Assembly (NCBI GenBank): GCA_963707025.1
Contig: CAVPOM010000012.1
Location: 64,001-128,000, forward strand
Direction: 5' to 3'
DNA from: an uncultured Verrucomicrobiae bacterium
Lineage (GTDB): Bacteria > Verrucomicrobiota > Verrucomicrobiia > Limisphaerales > Palsa-1400
Length of the DNA stretch: 64,000 nucleotides
In this document: positions 11,001 to 20,961 of the stretch, in pieces
Layout of the letters: every line of letters starts with the position of its first letter
Numbering within the stretch: the first letter of the stretch is position 1
The notes under the pieces: generated by a model
The model's database searches: none
What the model saw: only the letters and a program-made list of their open reading frames with translations
Told to the model about the DNA's origin: nothing
Translations under genes and position numbers: made by a program

Positions 11001-11831
11001 GTGTATGACGGCAGCGCCGAGCCTGTGTCAAGCACAACATCACCGCCGGGAATCGCGCTGAAGATCACTTACAACGGCAGCGCCAGCGCGCCGGTCAAAG
11101 TCGGGAGTTACACCGTTCGTGCGATGCCGGTCAGCGCCAATTACGCGGGCGGCGCCACCAATACACTGGTCATCGCCAAGGGCTACGGGACCGTCCTGCT
11201 TGGCAACCTGAATCAAACCTACACCGGATCGGCCATCGTGGTGCAAAGCAGCACGGTGCCAGCCGGCCTGAGCGTCCGCATCACCTACAACGGCAGCACG
11301 AAGGCGCCGAGCAGAATCGGCCAGTACACCGTGGTGGGCACGATCGTGAACCCCGACTACACAGGAAGCGCCACCAACACCCTCACCATCAGCGCCAGCA
11401 AACAAGATGCGGTGGCAATGGAAACCGGGACGGCACAAGTGATGCTTTTTGCCCTCAACCAAATATGCGATGGAACGCCCAAGAATGTGGGAGTCGTGAC
11501 CGTGCCGGGCGGGCTGGCAGTCACGCTGACCTATAATACCAACGGCCCACCGCTCAGCGCCGGCTCTTACACGGCCGTGGCAACGATCGTGGACCCCGAC
11601 TACGCAGGGGCGGCCACCAATACACTGACCCTCTACGACCCAACCAACGCACTGATCTTAACGTGGCCGAGCGGCGCCAGCAACACCACCATTTACACGA
11701 GCACCAACCTCACCGACTGGCTGCCGTTGGGGATCGCCATCGGACCGACCAACCAACTGGTGGTCCCAAAGCAAGCCGGGAGCCGGTTTTACCAAGGGAT
11801 CAACCTGCACATCGCGGCGCCGGCCCCCTAA
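8070..11831 (+). CDS. large secreted surface protein: FN3 domain followed by about 15 MBG-type repeats
   Basis: signal peptide; FN3 (VTLAW...NLTAGTTYYFAVTAYD); ~72-aa repeats TYNGSA..P.NVGSYAV..TI...NYTGSA. Confidence 0.85.
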   Translation: MTRIVRRLLLLFLIMGASTQLKGQSVTLAWNADSDPAATGYTIYWGTVSGNYVDSEDTGTNTTVTITNLTAGTTYYFAVTAYDGVGDESSDSTEVAYTVPAGTGTTFTFASLNQTYNGAPESVAVTTIPANVPVTVTYNGSSTAPVNAGAYTVVATAQSPGSGSATNTLIISPAAATVRLSNLFATYNGSAQAVTVTTSPAGLATTTTYNGSASFPINVGSYAVLSTINNSNYTGSATTTLVITPGAATVTLSGLSAAYNGSAHAVTVTTSPAGLATTTTYNGSASAPINVGSYAVLSTINNSNYTGSASGTLVISGTNATVVLGNLAQIYTGSACPVTATTTPSGLAVNLQYNGSGSAPTNCGNYTVVGTISSTNYSGSASATLVITPAAATVTLSGLSAAYNGSAHAVTVTTSPAGLATTTTYNGSASAPINVGSYAVLSTINNSNYTGSASGTLVISGTTASVVLGNLAQIYTGSACPVTATTTPSGLAVNLQYNGSSSTPTNCGNYTVVGTISSTNYSGSASATLVITPAAATVTLSGLSAAYNGSAHAVTVTTSPAGLATTTTYNGSASAPINVGSYAVLSTINNFNYTGSASGTLVISGTNATVALGNLAQIYTGSACPVTATTTPSGLAVNLQYNGSGSAPTNCGNYTVVGTISSTNYSGSASATLVISPAAATVILSNLCATYNGSAQAVTVITSPAGLATTTTYNGSASAPINVGSYAVLSTINNSNYTGSASGTLVISGTTASVVLGNLAQIYTGSACPVTATTTPSGLAVNLQYNGSGSAPTNCGNYTVVGTIGSTNYSGSASATLVISPAAATVILSNLCATYNGSAQAVTVITSPAGLATTTTYNGSASFPINVGSYAVLSTINNSNYTGSTNGTLVISGTTASVVLGNLAQIYTGNACPVTATTTPSGLAVNLQYNGSGSAPTNCGNYTVVGTISSTSYSGSATNTLLISPATATVTLGGLNQVYDGSAEPVSSTTSPPGIALKITYNGSASAPVKVGSYTVRAMPVSANYAGGATNTLVIAKGYGTVLLGNLNQTYTGSAIVVQSSTVPAGLSVRITYNGSTKAPSRIGQYTVVGTIVNPDYTGSATNTLTISASKQDAVAMETGTAQVMLFALNQICDGTPKNVGVVTVPGGLAVTLTYNTNGPPLSAGSYTAVATIVDPDYAGAATNTLTLYDPTNALILTWPSGASNTTIYTSTNLTDWLPLGIAIGPTNQLVVPKQAGSRFYQGINLHIAAPAP
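8580..10980 (+). repeat. near-identical intragenic tandem repeats, alternating A/B 216-nt units (432-nt period)
   Basis: ctggcgcagatttacaccgggagcgcatgcccggt recurs near 9048, 9480, 9912, 10344 and (variant) 10776. Confidence 0.9.
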
Positions 11832-12173
11832 CCGGGCCAATCCCGCCGGGAGGCCGAAGCGGCGCGGCCGGGTGAGTTTCTAGCCGCCCTGGTTTACGCC
11901 GGCATTCTTGCGGCCTTTTCTTGGCATGTTTCCGACAGAATTGGCTTGCGTCAGGCCCGAACCTCCCCAACTATCCGGTGCTTGAAACCTTCTTCACAGC
12001 GTGACGGCGGCCCGGGATTCACCCTGCCCGCGGGCGAAAGTCATGCGTCCTGTTTGGACAACCGGCCATTCGCAATGGCGGGCAAATCTGAAATCGGATT
12101 GGAAAGGGAGGCGCGGGAGGGCGGGCGAAACCCTGGCTTTGAAGGAAGGAAAAGAACTCATAACTAAAAAACA

Positions 12174-13499
12174 ATGAAAACTCATATCAAACACCTGTTG
12201 ATCACACTGGCGCTGCTGGCGGTCATCCCTCCGGCCGGGGCGCAAAGTGGCTTCACGTTTAGCAACCTGGTGACATTTAGCGGCGCGAACGGTCTTGGGC
12301 CGCAAAACCTGGTTCCGGGAGCCAATGGCGCTTTCTACGGGGCAACCTACGGTGGAGGGACCAATGGTTATGGAGAGGTGTTCCAGATAGCCAGCAACGG
12401 AACGTTCACGGAATTATTTGCCTTTAATGGAAACAATGGAGCTTATCCGGACTATCTTACAGCCGGCAATGATGGAAACATCTACGGCATCACGGGCGGA
12501 ACGGTCAATGAAGGCACCGGCGGTTCGGATTCCTGGGGGGAGTTGTTTCAGATGACCACCGGCGGAGCGCTGACGGTGTTGCATTCGTTGAACGGCCCCA
12601 GCGGCGAGGGCAGTCATCCGTCTGCCCCCTTGGTGGAAAGCAGCGATGGCAGTTTTTACGGCACCACTATGTTTTATGGCGCCGACTATGACGGCACCGT
12701 TTTTCGCTTCTTTAATGGCGCATTGGCTGTGCTGGCGCCCATCAGCAGCACCGGCGCCAACAACCCGACCTTCCTCGCCTTGAATGGCGGTGTTTACGGG
12801 GTAGAGGCGTACGGCGGCTCCGGTGACACAGGCGCGGTCGTCGAATTCAAAAGCGGCGCCTTGACAACGCTGTCTTCCTTCACTGGAGCCAATGGGGACT
12901 ATCCGCAATTATTGCTCAGCGGCAATGATGGGAATTTTTATAGCGTCACCGCCACTGGCGGAGCGGCCAGTGGCGGGAGTTTTTGCAGGATTACGACCGC
13001 CGGAGTAATAACGACGTTGTTCTCCTTCAGCGGAACCAATGGCAATTACCCCCTTTCTTTAATTCTGGGCAAAGACGGCAATTTCTACGGAACGACGGGA
13101 TACGGCGGCGCTAATTCCAACTCCAGCCCTTCCGGAGATGGAACGGTTTTTAAAATCACGCCCGGCGGGGCCGAGACCGTTTTATTTTCATTCGCGGGCA
13201 CCAATGGGGCGACTCCCAACTCGCTGATACAAGCCGGCGACGGCAGTTTTTATGGCACCACCACCTATGGCGACGGCTCGGTGTTTGCCTTGCGGGCCAG
13301 CCCGCCCACTTTGGGAATTGCCGAATCGGGCAACCAATCTGTGCTGTACTGGGCGGCTTCGGCTGCGAATTATGTGTTGCAGACGACCACCAATGTGGCT
13401 TCCGGCAACTGGGCGAACGTCACCAATGGCACGTCCATTACAGGCGCCATGGTGCCCAATACTTCGCCTGCCGGCTTCTTCCGGCTGCAAGAGCAATAA
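12174..13499 (+). CDS. secreted Gloeo_Verruco (GloVer) repeat beta-propeller protein
   Basis: signal peptide; repeats F.GTNG..P..L..G.DGNFYGTT..GG....GTVF. Confidence 0.85.
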   Translation: MKTHIKHLLITLALLAVIPPAGAQSGFTFSNLVTFSGANGLGPQNLVPGANGAFYGATYGGGTNGYGEVFQIASNGTFTELFAFNGNNGAYPDYLTAGNDGNIYGITGGTVNEGTGGSDSWGELFQMTTGGALTVLHSLNGPSGEGSHPSAPLVESSDGSFYGTTMFYGADYDGTVFRFFNGALAVLAPISSTGANNPTFLALNGGVYGVEAYGGSGDTGAVVEFKSGALTTLSSFTGANGDYPQLLLSGNDGNFYSVTATGGAASGGSFCRITTAGVITTLFSFSGTNGNYPLSLILGKDGNFYGTTGYGGANSNSSPSGDGTVFKITPGGAETVLFSFAGTNGATPNSLIQAGDGSFYGTTTYGDGSVFALRASPPTLGIAESGNQSVLYWAASAANYVLQTTTNVASGNWANVTNGTSITGAMVPNTSPAGFFRLQEQ

Positions 13500-13582
13500 T
13501 AGAGGGCGGAAACGAACCGGCGAGGGCGCCGGCTGGAACCCGCGGGGCGCGTGTCCCCGAAAGGCTTGGCCACCGCTCCGGC

Positions 13583-13703
13583 GACCTCTGCAAAACGCGC
13601 GTCCACGATTGTAGCGGCGGTCTATGGCCGCCACCCGCAAACCGAGGGAGATAACGGAATGGCGGCGGTCGCAGACCGCCGCTACAGGCTTTTGGCAGAG
13701 GAC
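13583..13703. repeat. GTAG-type REP doublet family G1, full copy
   Basis: inverted tgtagcggcggtct...agaccgccgctaca inside cctctgc/gcagagg ends. Confidence 0.8.
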
Positions 13704-13706
13704 CGC

Positions 13707-14366
13707 CTACGGGGTTGTCTTGGGCGCGGGCACCGCATCATCCGGCAGCACCTTGATGAGGATGTTGCGGAAACTGCAGGTGCCGTGATCGCCTTGCAAC
13801 ATGATGGGTCCCGGCGTCGTCACCCTGCTGTCCAGCTCGCTGCCGGTGGCCTTGTTGCACTCCACATTGTCATGCACCAGGACGCCGTTCAAGATGACGG
13901 TGATGCGGTTGCTGATGATGGTGGCCTCCACCGTCTGCCATTCGCCGGCCGGCTTGGTCACGAACTTGTCCGGCGCCTTGAACCCGTAAATGGAACCGTT
14001 GCAAGTGTTGTCGGGCAGGCGGTTGGGACGATAGTCGCCCAGAATCTGAATCTCGTGCCGGCCGCGGAGGAAGAAGCCGCTGTTGGCGTCTTGCGGGGTC
14101 ATGTATTCGTAGCGGACGGTGAAATTCCAGAATTTGTTGGTCGTCAAAAGGTCGCTGCCATTGTGTTCCTCCTCCTGGGCAGTGTTTTTAAGGATGCCGC
14201 CCGGCTCGAGCGACCAGGAGGGCTTGCTGCGATTGCGCAGCCTCCAGCCGGTGAGGTCCTTGCCGTTGAACAAGGGGATGAAATCCTTTTCATCATCGGC
14301 GGCCGGCGCGGTCATGGCCATGGCGGCGGCGAATGTCAATGCGAGTAATGCGGCTGATTTCGTCAT
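13707..14366 (-). CDS. DUF1080 / 3-keto-disaccharide hydrolase family protein
   Basis: LFNGKDLTGW, NSGFFLRG, EIQI, GPIMLQGDHG, FRNI; signal peptide. Confidence 0.9.
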   Translation of the reverse strand: MTKSAALLALTFAAAMAMTAPAADDEKDFIPLFNGKDLTGWRLRNRSKPSWSLEPGGILKNTAQEEEHNGSDLLTTNKFWNFTVRYEYMTPQDANSGFFLRGRHEIQILGDYRPNRLPDNTCNGSIYGFKAPDKFVTKPAGEWQTVEATIISNRITVILNGVLVHDNVECNKATGSELDSRVTTPGPIMLQGDHGTCSFRNILIKVLPDDAVPAPKTTP

Positions 14367-14489
14367 GCGTTCTCTTTTGAGGTGATGGTCAGGGCGTTAC
14401 CTTACGGAAGGTGCAATCGAAGTCAATGGAGATTGTTCCATTTTAATGGACAAGGCAAACAGGCCGGGCTAATTTCCAAGCTGAAACCT

Positions 14490-15621
14490 GTGAAAAAATT
14501 CCTGATGGTTCTTGGCGGCATGATTATTTTGACCGCCCCGGCCGCTCGCGCGCAAGAGGAAAGGCCGCCCGTCCGCATCGCCATTGTCGGGCTGACGCAC
14601 GATCATGCGCTCGGCTTCATCCCCAACACCCGGGACCGGAAGGATATTCAACTGGCCGGAATCGTGGAGTCCAACGCGCCCCTGGCGGCGCGTTACGCGG
14701 CGCGCTTTCACCTCGATACCAACCTCTTTTTCGCCAGCCTGGAGGATTTGCTGGCGCGAACCAACGTGCAGGCGGTGGCCACGTTTACCAGCACGTTCGA
14801 TCACCGGCGCGTGGTGGAAACTTGCGCGCGTCTGGGAATAAAAACGGTCATGATGGAGAAGCCGCTGGCGGTCAACATGGAACATGCCCGCGCCATGGCG
14901 GCGGCGGCAAAAAAAGGCGGGCTGCAACTGCTGGTCAATTATGAAACGACCTGGTATGCCGGCAACCAGGCCGCCTATGCGCTGGCCTGCGAGCAACACG
15001 CGCTGGGAGATTTGCGCAAAATCGTGGTGCATGACGGCCATCGCGGGCCAAAAGAGATCGGCTGCTCGGAGACTTTTCTCTCCTGGCTGACCGACCCGGT
15101 GCTCAACGGCGGGGGCGCGCTGAATGATTTTGGGTGCTACGGCGCCGACCTGGCCACCTGGCTGATGCAAGGACAACGGCCCCTTTCGGTTTTTGCCGTC
15201 ACCCAGCAAATCAAGCCGGAGATTTATCCCAAAGTGGAGGACGAGGCCACCATCGTGATCACTTATCCAAAGACTCAGGCCATTCTGCAAGCTTCCTGGA
15301 ACTGGCCGTTCGACCGGAAGGACATGGAAATCTATGGCCGCACCGGTTATGTGCTGGTGCCGCGCCCCAACGCGCTGCGGGTGCGTCTGAGCAACGCCGC
15401 GGAAAGCCAAACCAACGATCTTCCCAAGCTGACCGGGCCGTCGGCCGACTCGCTTTCTTATCTTGCCGCGGTGGTTCGCGGCGACATCCAGCCTTTCGGG
15501 GCTTTCCTCGCTCCCTGTCAATATGACCGTGGTGGAAATTCTGGACGCCGCCCACCAATCGGCCCGAACCGGCCGCCGGGTTGATCTTCCCGCCCAGGCC
15601 GACGGAGCCTCTCCGAAATAG
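14490..15621 (+). CDS. Gfo/Idh/MocA-family oxidoreductase, secreted (frameshift near 15500)
   Basis: IAIVGLTHDH, MEKPLA, GGGALNDFGCYG; C-terminus continues in another frame VVEILDAAHQSARTGRRVDL to TAG at 15621. Confidence 0.85.
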
Positions 15622-15631
15622 CGCCGCGGCA

Positions 15632-16798
15632 TCAGCGCTGGAAGAGGTAAGCCTGCCCGCTGATGTGGGTGAGATAGAAGGAATCGGTCTTGGGATCCCA
15701 AACTCCAAATTCAAACCGCCCGCTCCTCATACTGCGATCCTCTCCAAAAGGCGCCGCCAGATTCCACGTCTTGCCGCCGTCCTTGCTCTCGGAAAAACCG
15801 TCCCTCCCATACACCACGATATGCTTCTCGTCCTCGCCGAACATGACCGGCCCCAAAAGCCCCGCATAATCCCCGCCGGTCAAGGCCCAATGTTCGCCCT
15901 TGTCCTGACTCGTTAAAATCCCCTTGCGCGTGGTCAGATAGGCCGTGCCTTTGAACACGACGACATGGCCGAGATGGGAGGGAAATGAGCAATCGGCCAC
16001 CTTGGTCCAGTTTGATCCGCCATCGGTGCTGCGGAACAGCCCGCTGGTCTCGCCCGAGCCGGACATTCCTTTGAGCAAGACATCCGGCCCGATGACACCC
16101 AGCGCCTGGCACGACCCGCCCTTGCCCAGCGGCGTCCAGGTCTGCCCGCTGTCCCGGCTGAGGACCAAATCGCCGCTATGATGCTTCTGGGCAATCATCG
16201 TCATCTCCCCGCTGGCCGACCAATCCACCGCGCCCATGTTGTAGCCGAACGCCGCTGAATCGGTCGTCAGCGCGCGCCAGGTCTTTCCGCCGTCGCGCGT
16301 CAAGGCGCAGGTGGTGCTGGTTTTCCTGCCTTGAATGGAAAACAGGCAAAGCCCCCGGCCCGCCGGATCAATATCTGGCCCCGCCGTCTCCCAAAACGCG
16401 TCATAGGTGCCCCCGTCAACCCGTTGGAACGGGGCGGAGGCCGCGGCAGCGGGTTGCCAGATTCCCTGCCCCTCGATGATGATCAGAGGACTGGGCAAAG
16501 AGCGGTCGGCGAGAATGCCACAAACCCCGGCGCCGTTGGTGGAATCATAGGCGAATTTGATGACGGGCTTGATATCGCGTCTGGCGAAGTCGGCCAGCAA
16601 GCCTTCGGAGATATTCACCCAGGCGCCTTTTTTCCCGGCCAGCAGCGCCATGCCATCGGCTTCCTTGCCGGAAGGGCTTTCGTAAGCCCAGCCCATGCCC
16701 GGACGAAACACCAGCGGCGCCGGGGCCCTGAGGGCAAACAGAAACAGGGCCAGGCAAACCAGAAAAACACCCATAGACCATCGTTTCACAACCGTCAC
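15632..16798 (-). CDS. secreted BNR/Asp-box repeat beta-propeller protein
   Basis: Asp-boxes TRDGGKTW, SRDSGQTW, STDGGSNW, SQDKGEHW, SKDGGKTW. Confidence 0.8.
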   Translation of the reverse strand: MTVVKRWSMGVFLVCLALFLFALRAPAPLVFRPGMGWAYESPSGKEADGMALLAGKKGAWVNISEGLLADFARRDIKPVIKFAYDSTNGAGVCGILADRSLPSPLIIIEGQGIWQPAAAASAPFQRVDGGTYDAFWETAGPDIDPAGRGLCLFSIQGRKTSTTCALTRDGGKTWRALTTDSAAFGYNMGAVDWSASGEMTMIAQKHHSGDLVLSRDSGQTWTPLGKGGSCQALGVIGPDVLLKGMSGSGETSGLFRSTDGGSNWTKVADCSFPSHLGHVVVFKGTAYLTTRKGILTSQDKGEHWALTGGDYAGLLGPVMFGEDEKHIVVYGRDGFSESKDGGKTWNLAAPFGEDRSMRSGRFEFGVWDPKTDSFYLTHISGQAYLFQR

Positions 16799-17021
16799 CG
16801 TATCCCAAAGGCGACCGCCAAGTCAACGCGGCGTGGCGATTATGAATGAAAAAGGGCGCAGGACAAATCGGTGGCGCTTGCGCTGGCTTGATGGGTGCAA
16901 GAGCAACCCCGTTGTCCGCCGCGCAAAGAACCGCCGGTTTGAGAGCGGGAGTTTGTTCCCGCTTTCCGAAAGCGGCGCCGACCCGCCGGCACACTCCCCA
17001 GAGCACTGCGGTTGGGCCTGG

Positions 17022-19029
17022 TTAGAATTTTTCGGAGGCTTCCATGCCGACCAGGCAAACGTCGTCGGTGAATTCATGGCCTTCGGCGAATTCCGGGATT
17101 TCCTTGAGGAGCTCGTTGAAAAGCTCTTCGCAATGGAGATGGGCGTGTTTGCGCACTGCCGCCAGGAGCTGATCCTGGGTGAATTCGACGTGGCCCGGGC
17201 CTTCCACCTCATAAAGACCGTCGGTGAAGAGCATGACCAGGTCGCCGCCGGCCAGGGGACAGGAGGCGGCGGGGTAGGTGGTGTTCTCGAACAAGCCCAG
17301 GGCGGGGCGCGCCCGGCCGTCGGGATATTTGAGAATCTCCACTTCGCCGCGCGGGCGGTGGATGAGGAAGGGCCGGGGATGACCGGCATTGGCAAAGGTG
17401 ATCTGGCGGGTTGCCAAGTCGGCCACGAGGTAAAAGGCGGTGGTGAAAAGGGGGGTGCCGGATTGCTGCAAAATGGAGCGGATATCGCGGTTGATTCGTG
17501 TCAACAATTGGCCCGGATCGGCGGCGATGGGGCGCAATTCCTCCACCAGGGCGCGGACCATGGCGGTGACCAGGGCGGAACGGACGCCGTGGCCCATCAC
17601 GTCGCAGATGAACAAACCGGCCAGGTTGGGGGCGAGGGGCAGGACGTTGAAAAAGTCGCCGCCGACCTGGCCGGTGGGATGATAGCGGTGGCGGAATTGG
17701 AGCAGACTCTGGTCGGGTTGGGCGCCGAGGGGAAAGGCGGGATATTGCTGGGGCAGCATGGCCAGTTGGATTTCGCGGGCCATTTTCAGGTCCGCCTCCA
17801 TGATTTCGTTTTTTTTCTGCAACTCCGCCTGGCTGCGGGCCAGTTCGGCGTGCATGCGGTGCTCGCGTTCCTCGGCCTGCTTGCGCAGGGTGATGTCGCG
17901 GAAGACGCTGAGGAGGAGCGACCGGCCCTCTTCCAAATCAATGAAGGTGTTGGACAGTTCGAAGTCCACCGTCTTGCCGGAGCGGAGAGGGAGGTGGCGT
18001 TCCAGTTGCTTGTCAATGACGCGATCGGCAAAGCGCTTCTGGTAAGCGCGGGTCATGGCGGGCAAATCCCCGCTTTCGGCGTAGGCGACGGTGAAGGGGC
18101 GCCCCACCAATTCTTCGGTGGGCAGGCCGACCAGGCTGGCATAGGAGCGGTTGACCGCCAGGACAATGCCTTGTTCATCGGTCAGGCGCATGCCGTCGTT
18201 GGAATTCTGCCAGACCGAGCGGAAGCGGGTTTCGGAGAAGCGCAGTTTCTCCTCGGCCTCCTTGCGGGCGGTGATGTCCTCCACCATGCCTTCGTAATAC
18301 TCGATTTTGCCTTCCTGGTTGCGCACGGCCCGGGCGTTTTCCGCAATCCAGATCACCGTGCCGTCCTTGCGATGGATCTGCGATTCGAAATCCGCCACCA
18401 CCCCTTGCTCCTGCATGAGGCGGATGAACTCCGCCCGCCGGTTGGGATCCACGTAGAGCAGCCGGGCAATGTCGCTGATGCACGACATCAATTCCTCGGT
18501 GGAGCCATAGCCGTAAATGCGGGCCAGGGCGGGATTGACGTTGAGATAGCGGCCTTCGGGCGAGGTCTGGAAAATGCCGGAAACGGAATTTTCAAAAATG
18601 CTGCGGTATTTCTCCTGCGCCGTGAGCGTGGCCTTTTTGGCCTGGGTGCGCTCCATCGCATAAATGATGGCCCGCAGGACCAGGGGCGGGGAGAGCCGGT
18701 CTTTGACCAGGTAATCCTCGGCGCCGGCGTGGACCGCATTGACCGCGGTCGTTTCATCATCAATGCCGCTCAAGATAATGACCGGCACATCATGGGCCGC
18801 CGCCTGGACGGCCTTGAAAGTGTCCAGGCCGCTGCTGTCGTGCAGATTCAAGTCCGTGAGGACCAGATCGGCCGGCCCGCGGCCCAGGCAGGCCCGGGCC
18901 TCGGCCAGGCTGCCAGGCCACCTCCAGGTCGAAGCGTCCGCCGCCGGACTTCTGCAAGGCGTTCTGCAAGAGGGCGACATCCACCGGATTGTCCTCGATG
19001 AGCAGGATCTTGATTTTGCGTATTTCCAT
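17022..19029 (-). CDS. REC-PAS-PAS-SpoIIE (PP2C) phosphatase, RsbU-like (frameshift near 18910)
   Basis: ILLIEDN in ORF 18790-19029; VGGDFF, CDVMGHG, ANAGHP, FTDGL, DDVC. Confidence 0.88.
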
Positions 19030-19138
19030 GTAATCGGATGCGGCGCCGGAACAGGTCCGGGCGCAAAGGTACCACTACCACCCGCCCAGGCCGGTGTGAA
19101 GCAGAACTTGAGGGATTCGGCCACCCCCGGCAGCCGCC

Positions 19139-19999
19139 TTACCATTTCAACTCACGCAGATACTGCACGCTCTGGACAATCCCATGTTCAGGAGTGGCGG
19201 ATTCGTCTTCGATAAAATAGGAGGTGATGCCGATCTTCTGCGCCGTCCGCAGCACGGCTTCAATTTCAATCTGCCCCTGGCCTATGGGAACAAAATCGCC
19301 TTTGGGGGACTTGCTGTTGAAAAGGCCGGTGCGGGCGTCCTTTTTCATGTCTTTCAGATGCATGGAAACCCAGCGGGTATTGTAGCGGTCCAGGAGTTTG
19401 ACCGGGTCCACGCCGGCATGGACGATCCAAAAGACGTCCATTTGAAAGTGGACAAATTTGGGGTTGGTTTTCGCGACCAGCAGGTCAAAAAGTGTGCCCT
19501 CGCCGTAGGGTTTGAATTCGTATCCGTGCGGGTGATAGAAGAATTTAATGCCGTGCGCGGCCAGGATTTCCCCGGCGTGGTTGAAGACCGCGATGGCATC
19601 GCGGCAGCCTTGTTCGTCCAGCGCGTCTCTTTGTGGGATGCTGGGACAGCCGGCGTAAGTCAGCCCCAGGGCGGCGGCCTCAGTGGCGACGGCCTCGGGA
19701 TTGTCACGGAATTTTTCGTAAGTAAAATGCGCGCTCGTCGCGACCAGGCTGTGGGCTTGCAGTTCGGCTTTAAGCGACGCTGGAGAGAGATTGTAGTCGC
19801 CGACCAATTCGACGTATTTGAAACCAAAGTTACGCGCCTTCTCCAGGGTGCCGGACATGTCCTTCTGGATGGTTTTTGCGAGGCTCTCCAATTGGAGACC
19901 GATGTGTTCGCTGAAAGCGTCATCCGCTGCCAGAGACGAATAGACTCCGCCCGAAAATGCCAGGAGGGCGGCCAGAGAGGAAAGGGAAAGCCGGTTCAT
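19139..19999 (-). CDS. sugar phosphate isomerase/epimerase (TIM barrel), secreted
   Basis: YHPHGYEF, QMDVFW, HLKD, GQGQI, FIEDE. Confidence 0.85.
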   Translation of the reverse strand: MNRLSLSSLAALLAFSGGVYSSLAADDAFSEHIGLQLESLAKTIQKDMSGTLEKARNFGFKYVELVGDYNLSPASLKAELQAHSLVATSAHFTYEKFRDNPEAVATEAAALGLTYAGCPSIPQRDALDEQGCRDAIAVFNHAGEILAAHGIKFFYHPHGYEFKPYGEGTLFDLLVAKTNPKFVHFQMDVFWIVHAGVDPVKLLDRYNTRWVSMHLKDMKKDARTGLFNSKSPKGDFVPIGQGQIEIEAVLRTAQKIGITSYFIEDESATPEHGIVQSVQYLRELKW

Positions 20000-20334
20000 G
20001 GACCGAGATTAGCGGAATGGCGGTTGGGTTTAAAGTGCAATTCTGAGAGCCTCAGGCACCGAAGGCGTGGGACGTTTGGGACGATGGGACGGACACGCAG
20101 TTCACCAAACACCATCTGGCACTGACCTGCAAGCTTGTACCGGTAAAATTGGCGGCGTTACAAATGGCTCCCAGGCAGCGGTTTAGGCAGCCCTTCCTAT
20201 TTTCCCCGCGAGCGCGGCTTGAGCGATGACCAGGCATTGGCGCCAAAAACGACGACCGTGGCGGTCATCGAAAGCCAGAACAATATCAGTGGTATGTCCA
20301 CAAACTCTGTGTTTATATCGCCACAATACCACAA

Positions 20335-20374
20335 TGTCACAAGTTTGCAACACATTTGTCACACAATTGTCACA
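20335..20374. promoter_or_regulatory. four heptamer direct repeats at 11-bp spacing (OmpR/PhoB-type array)
   Basis: TGTCACA 20335, TGCAACA 20346, TGTCACA 20357, TGTCACA 20368. Confidence 0.55.
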
Positions 20375-20447
20375 TTGACCGCTCCGCGCCTGTAATTGTC
20401 GTGGCCGGGGACAGTGGCAGTCGTGCCAAATCCACTCAAGCAGTCCG

Positions 20448-20780
20448 CGGGCTGGTTGCTAAAGGCAGCGCCCGGTCCAGACCTGCCCGGCTGGGCAAGA
20501 TCAGGGCGCGTCCCTCCCAGCCAGCAGCCCGGCCGCGTAACCGTTGAAGACCAGTCTTGCATTGCCCGCGCCCGGTGCTATTATAGTACGTAATTCGTTG
20601 CAGTAGTGTCTGAGATTGGAGGTGAGCCAAGCACCGGGTTCGATCCGGCTGCTGCACAAGACGAGGTGGACGATGAGAATGAGCCAGGCATTTTGTGAAG
20701 CAGGCGGTCAGGTTGTCTCCCCGAACCAGAGCAGGCCCGAGCTACAATACTATCTCCCAACCGGCCGAAATTGCCGGCGT
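20448..20780 (+). repeat. copy 1 of duplicated promoter/leader and small ORF region
   Basis: aligns with 23343-23675; contains TTGCAT-16-TATTAT. Confidence 0.85.
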
Positions 20781-20787
20781 AACGCCT

Positions 20788-20954
20788 TTTTCGGTGTCTT
20801 CCAGCGGCTGGATGGGGCGGATGAATTTGAGGGCAAGGGCGTAGGTCTGGCGATGGTGCAACGCTTTATCCAGCGCCACGGCGAACAGGTCTGGGCGGAG
20901 GGCAAGCCCGCAGTGGGCGCGGCGTTTTATTTCACACTGGAAAGACCGGATTAA
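20788..20954 (+). pseudogene. C-terminal HATPase remnant of a histidine kinase
   Basis: FGVFQRL...[14 protein letters not shown]...FYFTL, paralogous to the 3' end of 23798-24919. Confidence 0.8.
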
Positions 20955-20961
20955 TACGAAC

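Noticed and set aside
16695..19001. Long antisense ORFs (also 40732-42855, 45562-46989, 59768-61387, 37949-39391)
   Set aside because: Shadow ORFs of high-GC genes on the opposite strand, with no recognisable motifs
20571..20646. tRNA or tRNA-Sec suggested by GGTTCGATCC
   Set aside because: No cloverleaf, anticodon arm or CCA end could be built; kept only as a possible structured leader
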